From positions 8,957,751 to 9,021,750 of the forward strand of contig OZ037773.1 of the NCBI GenBank assembly GCA_964035545.1: DNA of 64,000 bases. Reading direction: 5' to 3'. Source of the DNA: Bugula neritina. Lineage: Eukaryota; Animalia; Bryozoa. The notes under the pieces are model-generated. The model did not search any database, was not told the origin of the DNA, and worked only from the letters and a program-made list of their open reading frames with translations. Both the position numbers and the translations under genes were made by a program. Below, piece by piece: positions 13,801 to 25,700 of this stretch. How positions within the stretch are numbered: the stretch's first letter is position 1; each line of letters starts with the position of its first letter.

Positions 13801-15771
13801 ATTCTCACTTCCTTTAGAGTTATCTCTCATGTAAGTATTATACCGGTATCATGTAAACTACCTGATGTTTAAATATTGAAGTATTAGTAATAGTCAATTT
13901 CTGTAGACTAGATTGTGTCGGGTCAACCAAATCTGTTACAGTTTTCTTTCATTCTTCAACAGGCTAATGTAGAGGTACACATTGCCATCACTCTTGATAA
14001 AATATTCACATCCTCCTTCAGCTAAATTTCTCTCCCAAATAATGTTGATTAGTGACAAAGTTTAAGAGTTTTCTCGCATATGTTAAAGTAATACTTGTAG
14101 TACTAAATGAAATGTTGGAGTTATTTGTACGTGACATATCCAACACTGATGTCTACTTGCAGGAAGAGATTTGGTGCTGTTGTAAAGATAGCTTGGTCAA
14201 GATAGACATCACTGGAACACGTCACTCCTTAATCTACTATGTAGACGAGAGAGATACCAGGCAGTACATCGACACTTTCTGTATTGTAGACGATTATATC
14301 TGGGCCGGCTGCTCAGATATAGGTACGTAGTCTGTTATTGGTTCCTGTATATATGGACATAGGTACGTAGTCTACTGATTTAGACTGTTATTAGTTCCTG
14401 TATATATGGACATAGGTACGTAGTCTACTGATTTAGACTGTTATTAATTCCTGTATATATGGACATAGGTACGTAGTCTACTGATTTAGACTGTTATTAA
14501 TTCCTGTATATATGAACATAGGTACGTAGTCTACTGATTTAGACTGTTATCTTGTTAGCTCTTGTATAAAATACCTCAATTGTGTTTAGTCTTACTAGAT
14601 CTTGATCCCCCCCCCCAGTTTATCCGTTGCTTCTGTATACAAGATTAACTGAGACTCTTTTCCTATAAATCATCTCAAAATTTCACAAAATGCGAGATAT
14701 GAAGATGTTTCTTTGTTTGGAGTTCGGAATGATGTGCGATGATTCTTAACCATATTTAGAAAAAATGTCTTGAAAATAGTATAAAATGTTCTAATTGTCT
14801 CCTCAATGAGATTACGATTGTTTGAGGATAACTGAATGCTTAAGTTTGTGTCTCCTGTTCTTTGATTGGTAAACAGCTGGTGAAAGAGATTATAGGCTTT
14901 GGTATTACTAGGGGTTACAGCTACGCTTTACACGCTCTTCTCTGAAATCAATATTTGCTGTTGCTGACTATTTATACTCAGCCGGAGAGAAAGTGTCTGC
15001 TGCTCGTGTAAAGGTGGCGCCATCTTGGGCGTGCTCTCTTTGTAAGGGAAATCACTTCACTTCTGTCTTCAGGTCGAGTGGTTGTCTGGAGCAAGACAGA
15101 CGAGGTGAGGAAAGCCATCCTCCCTCTGGACACCAGAGGAGTATCACAGATGGTATCTATCGGCAGTTCTCTCTATTTGGGTTGCAAGTCCGCTTACACC
15201 AAGCGTCGCTCCATCACCAATGCTATAATCAACAGTCCGGATACATCCTCCAAATCGAGGCTCTACGTTGTCGACGCCAAGAATTTCACGGTCACAGAGG
15301 TAAGAATTTCAGTCCCATTCATAAATCGGTCAGTTGGTTCATCAAATATGAGTAAGCTTTCAGTGGCTGGCAGACTTCTGTACCTAAATATGTATTATAC
15401 ATGGTTTTCTAATGTATATGTGTATTATGACCCAGTTTCCATGTGTATTGCAACTCATTTGAAAATATTTATTTATAAATGCTTATTAAAATTTTAGGTT
15501 CCGGGTAAATTTTCTTATAAACCAAAGCTTAAAAGCAATTTTGTCAAACTATTCCAGTTGATACATTTTTGTGCAGTTGTTATATTAAGAGCACTTATAA
15601 ATATTACTTATAGACCATCATATTGTATTTCAGGAGTTGTCTGCCCACAATGACACAATCCGCTGTATGTTTGCCGTTAAGGATCAGTACCTGCTGACAG
15701 GGAGTTCTGGGACAGAAGGGAAAATAGCCATCTGGAAACATCATCAGAATAGCGAAGAGGTAAATGAATAG
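878..15771 (+). CDS. DENND3: DENN domain-containing protein 3-like (Rab GEF with C-terminal WD40 repeats); 5' part lies upstream of the window; about 19 exons visible
   Basis: Spliced exons 878-1101, 1380-1599, 2090-2278, ~2535-2663, ~3261-3419, ~4315-4435, ~9684-9824, and onward to ~15634-15771 join in frame. cDENN motifs: ALLQEQRVVFVSSRLSLLT, FPFRWQSMYVPVL, FLEAPGYYVMGCHS, LVVVDLDKG. dDENN motif: FYSNVLDTTMFRVFL. Also ETLLYRLNPNADE, WD40-like exons, and C-terminus ELSAHNDTIRCMFAVKDQYLLTGSSGTEGKIAIWK, which closely resembles the DENND3 C-terminus. Stop TAG at 15769-15771. Confidence 0.9.
4090..4290. repeat. Intronic minisatellite, ~24-bp unit (TATTACTACAGAGTATTATATTTA)
   Basis: About 8 tandem copies just upstream of the DENND3 acceptor at ~4314. 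Confidence 0.9.
4511..5031 (-). repeat. 3' LTR (521 bp)
   Basis: Direct repeat of 8323-8843, no differences seen by eye. Contains minus-strand TATAAATA and AATAAA. Preceded on the minus strand by the purine tract AGAATGGGGGGT (~5032-5043). Confidence 0.95.
5078..5200 (-). pseudogene. RNase H C-terminal remnant of the element pol gene, out of frame with the integrase ORF
   Basis: NNRVMRWDMYSQNFRIKVESIKGKDNVGADYLSR matches the Gypsy RNase H terminal motif (RW..xLQ..F.I..I.GK.N..AD.LSR). Confidence 0.88.
5109..8210 (-). CDS. Retrotransposon Gag-protease-integrase polyprotein (1033 aa ORF; first in-frame ATG at 8201)
   Basis: Coiled-coil N-terminus; capsid/SCAN-like region (DSYLERFEWVA...W, ATEQFISSCPDDLAVHLKQ); two zinc knuckles (CFICKDKSHIARNC, CSHCKMNNHNTSDC); aspartic protease RDTGC; integrase zinc finger (AHD...CQSCDIC); DDE core (IDLVGP, ISDQGTQF, GLVEKFNGTLK); GPF motif (WQGPF). 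No RT YxDD motif. Confidence 0.92.
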   Translation of the reverse strand: MTQMGKDLGLVEDKLIAFVEKNLPIVAAQEEKEKDREERRLEREAEKIRQENEKALMEIKIKADQEAMAFKVKADQEAMALKVKADQEAEERRQRHELDMEKLKADTSLEHSRHESTRLEIANKPKPKIPFFDEKVDEMDSYLERFEWVAEGCNWDKGDWPYHLSQYLRGTATEAYIRLSPTDRRDYKKVKEALLERFNLTQEGYRKKLREAEAYEDETPAQLFTRIETYVHKWVELSGGMDIAKLVATEQFISSCPDDLAVHLKQSSYNSSEDMCDAASLFLHARGRKLAKTKKTNIKRMENTPADSMNAEQGSKSNGACFICKDKSHIARNCPRRGKKYCSHCKMNNHNTSDCRKYGGRSVHAAAAIATTPNKTVVTDPGISSKVEEPTEITVNGKKFVNAAVCKNGPKFKDGGTAIFDAEVNGQRATVMRDTGCGCIVVNAKYVQPQHLTGESVYLNMADASVREAQWALISVRSPFYNGVVKAAVMDKTICDLLIGNVDGARSADQPLENWKDCAVTTRAQAVKEKSGDKPLKIDSNTNPLSIGKDEIARLQRDDPTLERFFYAKEVKEKKGCTTRFVVRNKILYREYTDLKSVSVKPVKQLMVPSSLRKEVLQKAHDCIMSGYLGVKKTTDRVLSNFFWPGLNGDVVRFCQSCDICQKTVKKGSVMKVPVQETPLIDTPFKRCAIDLVGPINPPSERGHRYILTLVDYATRYPEATPLKNIDSATVAEALLDIYSRVGIPEEVISDQGTQFISDYMKEFTRLLDMRQLPTSPYHAMANGLVEKFNGTLKSMLKKLCAKEPRQWHRFINAALFAYREVPQESTGFAPFELLYGRTVRGPMYILRQLWTKEDTADEVKTCYQHVFELRERLDDMMEMALASLKDSKKRYKHYFDKKAKQRDFKPGDKVLILLPTDGNKLLMHWQGPFNIEGKVRLNDYIINIRGKRRTYHANMLKKYFERETPTDSMTVGAVMTLDAAGAGIIDYDKEREGEDDLLDLYNKKQQSDEMGYVFTKLQDQGGVNQRKGQCWS
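8303..8320 (-). promoter_or_regulatory. Primer-binding site complementary to tRNA-Pro 3' end
   Basis: Minus strand reads TGGGGGCTGCTCCGGGAA versus the canonical tRNA-Pro PBS TGGGGGCTCGTCCGGGAT, 2 nt downstream of the 5' LTR. Confidence 0.8.
8323..8843 (-). repeat. 5' LTR (521 bp)
   Basis: Direct repeat of 4511-5031, followed on the minus strand after 2 nt by the PBS. Confidence 0.95.
10675..10862. repeat. (CT)n microsatellite
   Basis: Seen directly; starts just after a DENND3 donor site. Confidence 0.95.
11560..11750. repeat. 21-bp minisatellite (ATACTTTACTATAATATATGT)
   Basis: About 9 copies filling most of a DENND3 intron. Confidence 0.92.
11964..12166. repeat. 33-bp minisatellite containing a DENND3 splice donor
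   Basis: Six copies of ACTAGAG|GTAGTGAATAGTTATG... Confidence 0.92.
14318..14550. repeat. 53-bp minisatellite containing a DENND3 splice donor
   Basis: ATAG|GTACGTAGTCT occurs with GT at 14323, 14363, 14416, 14469 and 14522. Confidence 0.9.
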
Positions 15772-16914
15772 AAATGTCAAGGTCAACTCTCAACTCATCT
15801 TCTTACATAAGAGATGAGCCCCATAGAACTATTTGACCAACATTTCCGAATTATGTTTTTATAATTTTATTTTTATATTTTGTTCTATTTGAATATTTGT
15901 TCAAATCACACCATGACTAGGTTATTTTCTGAGAATGGCTTTATTGATTACACATCTGGTGAACTGACTTCAGTTTTGATACTAGCTCACTCTATCTCAA
16001 CATACACCATTGCTAATCTTTACACCAAACTAATAATACGCGTCATGATTTTTTTATTCACAAATCAAATCATATCTTTCATGTGTCAACAATCATACAA
16101 TCAGGGCTGGAATTTCCATTAAACAAAATTTCTTCAGTTTGACGAAGAGGGCTTTTGTCATGTTTTTTATCGTTGAAAAAAATTTCTAAGCCAAATATAT
16201 TCTGCATTCTCTGCAGAAGTTTTTTTTAATTGTAATTTTACTTTTGATGTATTATTGGTTTATGAACATTTAATAATGTTCTCACCTATCTCTGCTCTGT
16301 CCTGTTCAGGTAGCAGGAAACATTTATACATGTATTTTTGAATAATATATTTAAGTTAACATTCCTTTTATATATACATTTAATTTTATATTTGGCTTTA
16401 TTTTGTAGTCTATAAGTTAATTTAAATTGCAACCTATGAGATATAATAAACATTATAACAAAAATAAAACATATTTTAGTAACTCAAACAAGTTCTGTGT
16501 GAGTCATCATCAAATCATAACACTGAGCAGCCGTATTCAATTGCTCTTTAGACTAAGAATCTCACAAGACATAGCTTAAGTTTTACAATGTTGCCGTTGT
16601 TCCAGTCATGGTATATAAACTTACTATAAATATGATCTTCATTATTACTGCATATATTATGTATAAAAAGTTTATAAAAATACCCTCAAGGGTAAATGAA
16701 ATACTGTTGATAATTATTAGATTTCTGAAAACAAGAACAATGGGGTTAATTTTGAGACAGTAACATATTAGAAATATAAACTTAGTTTTTCTTATAGAAA
16801 TGAATTACAGGACTTTACCATCATGAAGGGAATATATTAGTCAGGTATAACAATTGGCACATAAATGAGAAGATAACTCCTGTTTCAGTACTCGTTACCT
16901 AAGCTGAGTCTGTT

Positions 16915-19723
16915 CTATAAGACGTTACTCGACAGCGATGTATAAAACAGGATGTAGGCAGCAGAACTCTACAATAACAGGATATGATGTCATTATGGAG
17001 TAATAACAACCTTTTACTGACAAACACATAGCAGAAACTATTTCATCTCTCTTAAGAGTTTGCATGTAGAATTATAAAATTATATCACTTTGTTTATTTT
17101 CTCATCCGGCTACAATATTCTGACAATGAAAATATAATCTCTAAGTATACACAGTTCAGTAAGAGAATAATGCATGCAGGTGATTGGTCAAAACAGAGAA
17201 TACTCCAATGTGATTGGTCAAAGCAGAGCATACTTCAATGTGATTGGTCAAAGCAGAGCATACTTCAATGTGATTGGCTAAGACAGCTCACCTTGATGTC
17301 TCCACTGTTCCTAACGACTGATACAGACTCGTCATTAAACTTGTGCCACTTCTTTGTCTTCATACTTTTGCAGAAAGAAGTATCTTCAATAAATCATCAA
17401 AACTCAAAAATAATATTCACCAATGCACAGCATTATCAATCAATATTAAATAATTATCTATAAAATATTGATAATTGATATTCAACTGCGACGGTAGTTA
17501 GAGACAGACAGACAGACAGACATAGCATACTCACAGTGACCAGAGTCCAGGGAACCATAGTGATTCTGAAACAGAGAATAAACCATATCTTAGCTACAGG
17601 ACCTCCCTAACTACGTTTGTTAGTAGACGGCACCCCAACTATTTACCTCTACTGGTGGGCAGAGCTCAGTCTAACTACTACAGTTGCTCTGCTTGAGCCC
17701 AATACAAGTTTAACAAAGACAATTGTTCAGGATGACGTTCCTTAGCACAGACTCGGATGTGTAAAGACTTTGCTGAAGTGAATAACAGCTAGGATTCCAT
17801 AGAATTACTCTAGTGATACACGTAATGGTAACAAGTAGATGGCCACTCACCACAACTCCGTACAGAGAATATCGTTTGCTCTCAGTCAAACTCTGTAAAG
17901 TCAGATCTTCTGGAAAGTCAATCATGTTTGTCTTCTTAGCAAAGTGATATGAATACTGATCAAACCTGGTAGGAACACAGACTAAGGTCAGGACATTCAG
18001 TGTTTCAAGGACATTAACTATGTTGATAGTTTATCTCATAACTGTAAGTGAGTGAGTGAGTGAGTAAATGAGTGAGTGAGTGAGCGAGTGAGTGAGTTAT
18101 AGTGAGTGAGTGGTAAGCAAGTGTGTCAATAGATATCATAGGTGAATGCCAAATAATTATTGCAACTAGAAATTGCTAAATGAAAGTTCCAAACTGAAAT
18201 TTCTCGCCAAAGTAAGAGAAAAAAAATAAAAAATATGAATAATCAAGAAACTAGTAACAGCTAAATAGTCTAATACAGCTCTTAATTTGCTACTAAACTA
18301 GCGACTAATTTTATTTAAATCACAACAATTCAGCTTCTTGAAACATGACACTGTGTAGGCTGAATATACAAGAGCAAATCTGCCAGGTTACAAAACCATG
18401 AGGAGACAAACCTTTTAAAGAACACCAGTAATATTACTGGCAGGGAATACAAGTCCAACTTCCTCTTCGACTGTTTCCTGTGACATTTCTCGCATGTGTA
18501 GTCTTCGAGCGGGTCGACTCTGAGGTACTGGTCCAGACAGCTGTTCAAACTGGTCCGGCGTGTGGTCGCGATCTCGAGGGGCAGAAAGTTATACGACTCA
18601 AACTTGTAGGACTTCTCGTTGCAGTTGGTACAGTACGTCACGCCCCTCTGAAGGCCCTACATATATAACAGACATTAACTAAAACAACCCTATAGTTTAT
18701 TATGTCTACTTGTACTATTAAAAATACATATTATATTATATTATACATATACATGTATGCACTAGTATGGTTTTCCCATGCAAAGAGTATAATAGTGAAG
18801 CTGCAGCGTGTAAACATATTGAGGCAAAAAAGTCAACACAGACTCCGTGACATGACTCCTTAGCCCAGTATGCCGAAGGCTGTGGGTAGAGGCGCAGTGT
18901 TGGTAGTGAATATGTATCATTAAACTAAACTAAACTTGCTCCAAACTCACCGTAAATAAAGTGACAATAATGGAATCGTTAGAGCGCCGGTATTCTTCGT
19001 AGGCCATTTTAGCGGCCACATCTTCACTGACTTTAGAGGAGTCTTCCAGCTTGGCCTTGACCTGCAGGTGACCTTTAGAGTTGAGGTCTTCGTGGAACAT
19101 GTCAAGTAGAATCTGCAGAAACTCCTGACTGTCCATCTGCTTGAAGTGGTCGAATGTTGTTTGTTTCCGGCCAAACACAAACTGCAGAAATTTTAGTCAA
19201 AGTGAAATAATCAACAAAACGAATTTAATAGATGAAAGATGAGGGGAAAGTAAAAGTTAATAATCCCAAAATGAAACAAGACACAAATAGTGGTACAGCT
19301 GTGAGACGTTACACCAACTCTCTATACTCCTATTTGCCATAAAAGTGGGACAACTCCAGTGCAAGCTAGCATTGTATAGACTGAGAACCAAACTATTCAC
19401 CTTGAAATCGCGGGGCACTATGTACTTGTAGTAACCGGCCCATAAGAATTTGAGGAGGAACGCAAACTCTGACGTGATGGCTCCTTTAGATCCCTTCGAA
19501 CTCTCACTGTAATAGTCAATTTGATTGGTTAGCTGCTTGTAATACAGTCAGGTGAAGCAGCTATATATACAATCTCTATATAGTCTAGTCTATATGCACT
19601 TTATATACAGTCTATATACAGTCTCTACATACAGTCTATATGCAATATGTACATATATACAGTCTATATACAGTCTATATGCATATATATATATATATAT
19701 ATACAGTCTATATACAGTCTATA

Positions 19724-19774
<51 letters not shown>

Positions 19775-22700
19775 TCTATATATACAGTCTATATATGCAA
19801 TATATGTGACCTCCCACCACAAAACAGGGAACGTTGGTCAGTCTTTCAAAATTGAGTTATTAGTATAGAGTTAAAGAGCAGATCTTTGCAATCATTTTGC
19901 AATTTATTTGAAGTCTCTAGTGCAAATAGAACTCGAGATATTGATATTCAAAAGCCTTGGCGTTTTTAAAACAATCAATTTACGTTTTTGAGAAATTCGC
20001 TTTTAAAGTAAGGAGGTCTGGAATAATTTATGGTTTATTTGTTTACATTTGTCAAGCCTTAGCAACGGGCCTTTTTATTCTAGCAAACTGGACAAATTTG
20101 GTATCAAAACATTTGTTTAAGTATGGGCTTTCAGCTCAACCAGTTTTTACGTTTCCTAAACAAAAAATTAGGTCAAAGATGGCCGCCAAACTTGTTGTAA
20201 CTTTATTTTCCCGAATAGCTATTAAATTGTTATAACAGTTAAAAAATTTTGCTACTTTCAGCACATATAAGGACCTTTAAGCACTTTTTTGCACCGACAT
20301 TCATTTGAACCAACTATGCTAACTCGGTATCGTATGAAACAAAATGGCAGCCATTTCCTGTTTTACGTTTGCTATTTCCCTCATTATTAATATCTCATGT
20401 AACATGTCCAACTGTAGCTATTGAGCCATGCCATTCAACAGTATTAATTGTTTCATGCGTAAAAACCATATGAGAGAATCATTCAACTATTATGATATTA
20501 CACAAAATTTATTCAGTCATACAGTTACAATGTAGAGTGATCAAAAGTTACACATAAGGAATCAGTTGAGATATTGAGTATCCATACAAGAAAATAAGGT
20601 ATAAGTTATTTTTAATCTTCAAATCAATTATTATAAACAGATAAAAGTGTAGAAATTCAGCATAAATTAATTCATATAGCAGAAAGACTGCTTAGGTGGC
20701 TCGTATGGTCTCTGAATCTATGTCCTTGTTCTTCATAGCGTGAGTTTACAGAGTATAAGCACATAACCAAGAGCTTAATTGCTGCTACAAACGATATTCC
20801 AGTAGTCAAAGTTAATAGATGCTGCTACTATAAATCTACCCTGTTCATCTATAGCCACTTAGACCTGCAATTATAATATTAAACTTATTTTTAGATTATA
20901 AAAGAGAACAATAGTGCATTAGAAATTAAATCTGGCTATAAAATGTAATTGTTTTAACACCATTTAACTACTATATTACAGCAGCTAACAATTATTGAGC
21001 AATTTCTTAACATTTAAGTTTATAGCGAGTTTGAAGGCACATTTGCAAACTAGTTATTTATAAAACTTTTGAGCATAATGAAATACTAGACACCTTTTTT
21101 CGAGTAAAGTTAGCAGAAGCTATCAGCTTGCAAGCGGTAGCTCTCCAAATGCAGGGAGTCCGGATCACAAGTGTAAGAATGATAGGTTATATGCAGCATG
21201 CTTTTGAGCTGTATAGGCGACATACCAAACAGCACCTCATCGACAAGTTCCATCATGTTGCCTTCACATCTTCACTTTCCTAAAATGAAAATAATGTTAT
21301 ATTCCTGAATAATAATCATGATGTAGTTAGTAATAATAATATTTTCTTTTCTTATTGCCATCAAAAATTAAGTCCTTTGAATATTTAGCATGTTTGAATC
21401 TGCAGTACTAAAGCAATGAGCTTGTATTTGAAAAATAAAACAACTAACTAATCAATATACTATTTAACATTCAATTCAAAGTGAGTAGACAGAGCTAGCC
21501 AAGTAGCAACAAAACCTACTAAATATAGCTACTGCAAAACCAATTTAAATTCAATTATTTACTTAAATATAAATAAATATACTAAATAAATCAGCATAAG
21601 TAGTTGTAGTACTCCAATTCTATTTTGAAACTGGAAAGTCTTGCATGATAAAAGTGATGTATTCTAATAGTCAAGTTAATGATAATAATAATATAATATT
21701 CAATAAGATTATCACAAGAACTAACTGAAAGAATTACTAATAGTATTAGTGTAATACTGAACCCTATTTAATAGTATTATCAATGTGAGTATGAGCATTT
21801 GATTTTGAATAAAAATAAAACACTCAATACTAAAAATTTCAAGTTAAAAATATCATCTTTTTAGCATCAGCTGTTAAAAATGAAAGTCAAGAAAGCATTT
21901 GACCTACATACTCATAGGCTAGAGTAAATCACTAAATCAAAATGAAAATGTAATACTATTATTATTTATTAATACAAATAACATAATAAGTATATAACTC
22001 GGATTGATTATGATATTTTAATCATGATTATTAATATTATTATTAAATTCAACAACTACAACATTAGAAGTAGAAGTATAACTTTAACTATAAGTATTAG
22101 CATAAGTTAATAACTACTAGTAAATTATATAATTATTTAGTAGCGTAAATGAGCTATTTTCAGTATAATTACCTGCTTTGTAGTGATTTAATCATAAAGT
22201 CCAAAGATAAAGATCAATATTAAACTACAGCTAAGGAAATTAGTTGCGTTAAAAGCTAACTTAATCTTTGCAGCCAGCGCCAAAAATAGCTAATACTAAA
22301 CTTAGTTTCAGAAGTAGGCTTCCTATCATGCGAGGAGAATGCAAGAGCTACCTTTATTAAACAAAGAATTATTTGTAGGATTCCGCGCTATGAAATGTTT
22401 TAATTTCATTTTCGTAATAGTAATGATAACTCCGAGTCAACTTGACTACGATCCGCCATTTTGAAGAAATATTTAATGCATAGTTACCAACTTTAGAGTT
22501 GATTTTGAGGTTGAAGGAATTAGCAAATGCTTGCGAAAGTATGATATTTGAAATCCTTGAATTTTTCTGTATAAGAAAAGTTTAAAATTTGAAAACTGGC
22601 AAAAAATTTCAATTTTTGGTTTTTCAAAATTTAACCTTCATTTACTACACTTCATGAATGCCGCCAAGTTCCCGGTTTTGTCGTGATGGGTCACATATAT

Positions 22701-25700
22701 ACAGTCTAAATACAGTCTGTATACAGTCTATATACAGTCTAAATACAGTCGATATACAATATACATATATTATTTATCGTTATATGGTATAGACAGCAAC
22801 AATAAGAACTATAAAAATATTTCAACTCATAAAAGCACTGAAACACATGAGATTTAATGTGAAGAAATAGAGAGAGAGAAAGCAGCAGACACAATGATGT
22901 AGAAGACTATATAAAGAGAGCACCTGTTGATATGCTGAGTGTACATGTCACCAGTGAAGTACTTGACAAGTGGCAGCGTGTGGCTGAGACACTGGAGGGC
23001 AGAGTTCATATAGCAGGTGTTTCCCATGTTGTAGAGCCCAGTGAGACCTGCAGGGTACATTATACTGTATCCTATTATACTATACTACATCAATATTACT
23101 GTATACTATACTATATAGACGTTACTGTATTGTACTGTATACTATACTATATAGACGTTACTGTATTGTACTGTATACTATGTACTATATGGATGTTACT
23201 GTATTGTACTGTATACTATACTACACTATACAGTATATTAAATAGAGGCTATACCTTCCACTGTGTTGCCATACTCTGGTGACAGGTTGGCCAGTCTCCT
23301 CTTATCTATGGTTGGTGTCTGGATTATTGACTGCTGACGACTCATAGCGGGTGGTTTGTTGGACCTGGGAATGAGATAATCGAATCAAACAGTCAGAAGA
23401 TAACATTGCCTCACATTGACACTACATATAACCTCTCATAAAATCAGGGGTTTAGCTGGGGCAGAACAAGGTGTTCGTAGAACAAGGTGTTTGTGGGGCA
23501 AGATTTTGGTGGTGCGGGGTGTTAGTGAAAACCCGACAACTGCTTTAGTAAAACAGGGCTGGGCTAAGCTGGAATTGTACCCAAAATACCGAGTTTATAA
23601 ATTGACAGAATCAATGGAGACTTTCTCCATAATATAGAAACATATTAAAAAGTTTCTGTAGAGGTTGAGAAACTATAATAAGCAGAATCTTCTGTTACTT
23701 CATACCGACACACAGACAGACAGACACACAGACAGACATGCACAGACACACAGACAGACAGACAGACAAACCGGCCAGCGAGCACCTGCACTCACCTGTC
23801 CAGTGTGACTGGTGCAGGTTGACTCTCGGCTACATCGTCGTCCAGCTGCGACAGGTTGGGAATTGAGCTTGATCTCTTCATCCTAGCCTTGGCCTCTCTG
23901 TTGGAGGATATCTGTCCGTCTGCGCCAAACGTCGTCTCATCCGACTTCAGACGCGTCGTTGAGCGCATGGCTTGAGGAGAACCTGGTAATTCAGAGTAGC
24001 ATGACTTGAGGAGAACCTGGTAATTCAGAGACTTGACTGTACTGTACTGACTTGACAAAATCTCTCAGCTGTAATTATAGTCAGTCTATAGTCACTCCCC
24101 AAATGGAATGTCAACTGGATGAGTAGCGTTAAGTTTAGACACAGAACACAATCAGCAGAGCTATTCAGCAGACGACAGGTAGGAGGAACATGGCGGCTGG
24201 ACAGGCTGGACAGTCATGATCTTCACATGTCGACACTAAACTGATTCTAATCTCAGATAAGATTACGAAATCATAGCAAAACCAATTTATATGCAGAACA
24301 AACACTTGGAGAACATTACCTGGAGCTCGGACAGCGGGTTTAGCGGCAGCAGCTGCCGGAGCCGGTTTCTGAGGCACTGGCTGTGGTTTGGGTGGTGTTG
24401 ATGAAGTGACTCCCGTGGCGTGATTGATATAGTAGATGGCCCCTTGCTCATTCAACTTCCTCTGCCAGCCTGACAGAGCAACCGGTAACTCACTTTATTG
24501 CATCATTTCAAACTCGTATTATATTTGTGATATACTCTATACTATATTATATATTATATCTATGATATTATATATACTATATTCTATATTATATCCGTGA
24601 TATAAACTGGGTTATCTGGCATGCAAGACACAAAGGTAGAACTATAACTAACTAACTAGCACCAGTGTATATACAGCTGAGATAAATATATCAGTGTACC
24701 TGGTGGTAACTCGTTGGTAGACACATTTTTTGCTATTTCTGCCGATTTTCTTCGTGCTTCCTGCTGTTTCAACACAGCTTTTGCTTCAATTTGGCGCTTT
24801 TCTTCTGCTTGTTTCCTCTGTTCAGCTTCCAATCGTTGTTTCTCTACTTCTGCAGCTAAGCTCTGTTCTTTCGCTAGCCTTGCTTTTTCTGCAGCTAACC
24901 TCTGTTCTTCTGCTAGCCTTGCTTTTTCTGCAGCTAACCTCTGTTCTTCTGCTAGCCTTGCTTTTTCTGCCGCTAAACTCTGTTCTTCTGCTAGCCTCGC
25001 TTTTTCTGCAGCCACCCTCTGTTCTTCTGCGAGCCTCACTTTCTCGTCCTCCTGTTGCTGCCTCAACTTAGCCCTTTCTGCCTCTCTCTTAGCCTGCTCC
25101 TGTCTAATCTGTCTGTTTTGCTCTCCGATGAGACGAGATTGCTCTTCTGTCCCGAGTTTTGACTCCAGATTTCCTCTACCGACCGATACTTTCTGTGGAT
25201 CACTATTAGACTTGGGGTCTCCAATTTCTAACTCCGCCAGTCTTCTCTCCCAGTCTTCGAGGTTTGGCTTCAGGTTTCTATTAATCTGAATAAATTCAAC
25301 AACACCATGACTGAATCACAGGCTATGAGAAGATACAAGTAACCAATGAGAAGTACCTTTACATTCAAACAGGAAATTGATTAATGGGATGCAGTGGTAA
25401 CTAAATAAAACTCTAGATATGAGGGAAAACTCGCCAGCAATGCTCTTTTCAAACTGAACCAGTAATACTTTTACTGAAGAGATATAAAGTTATGGTACAA
25501 GGAATTAGCTACGCTAACTTCATACTACAAGGAGAAAGTAATTCATTCCAAACACACCTCTGGTTTGTCGGTGACCTCGTGCTGCTCTTGAACTTCCTTG
25601 GCAGCAGCAATCTTCTGCTGCTGGGCCGCTATTTCCTGTTCCAGAAGCTTCTTCTGCCTCATCAGCTCGGCAAGAGCTTGGGACTCCGACTGCTTCAACT

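Noticed and set aside
24714-25289. 191-aa plus-strand ORF
   Set aside because: Antisense shadow of the repetitive USP8 coiled-coil exon.
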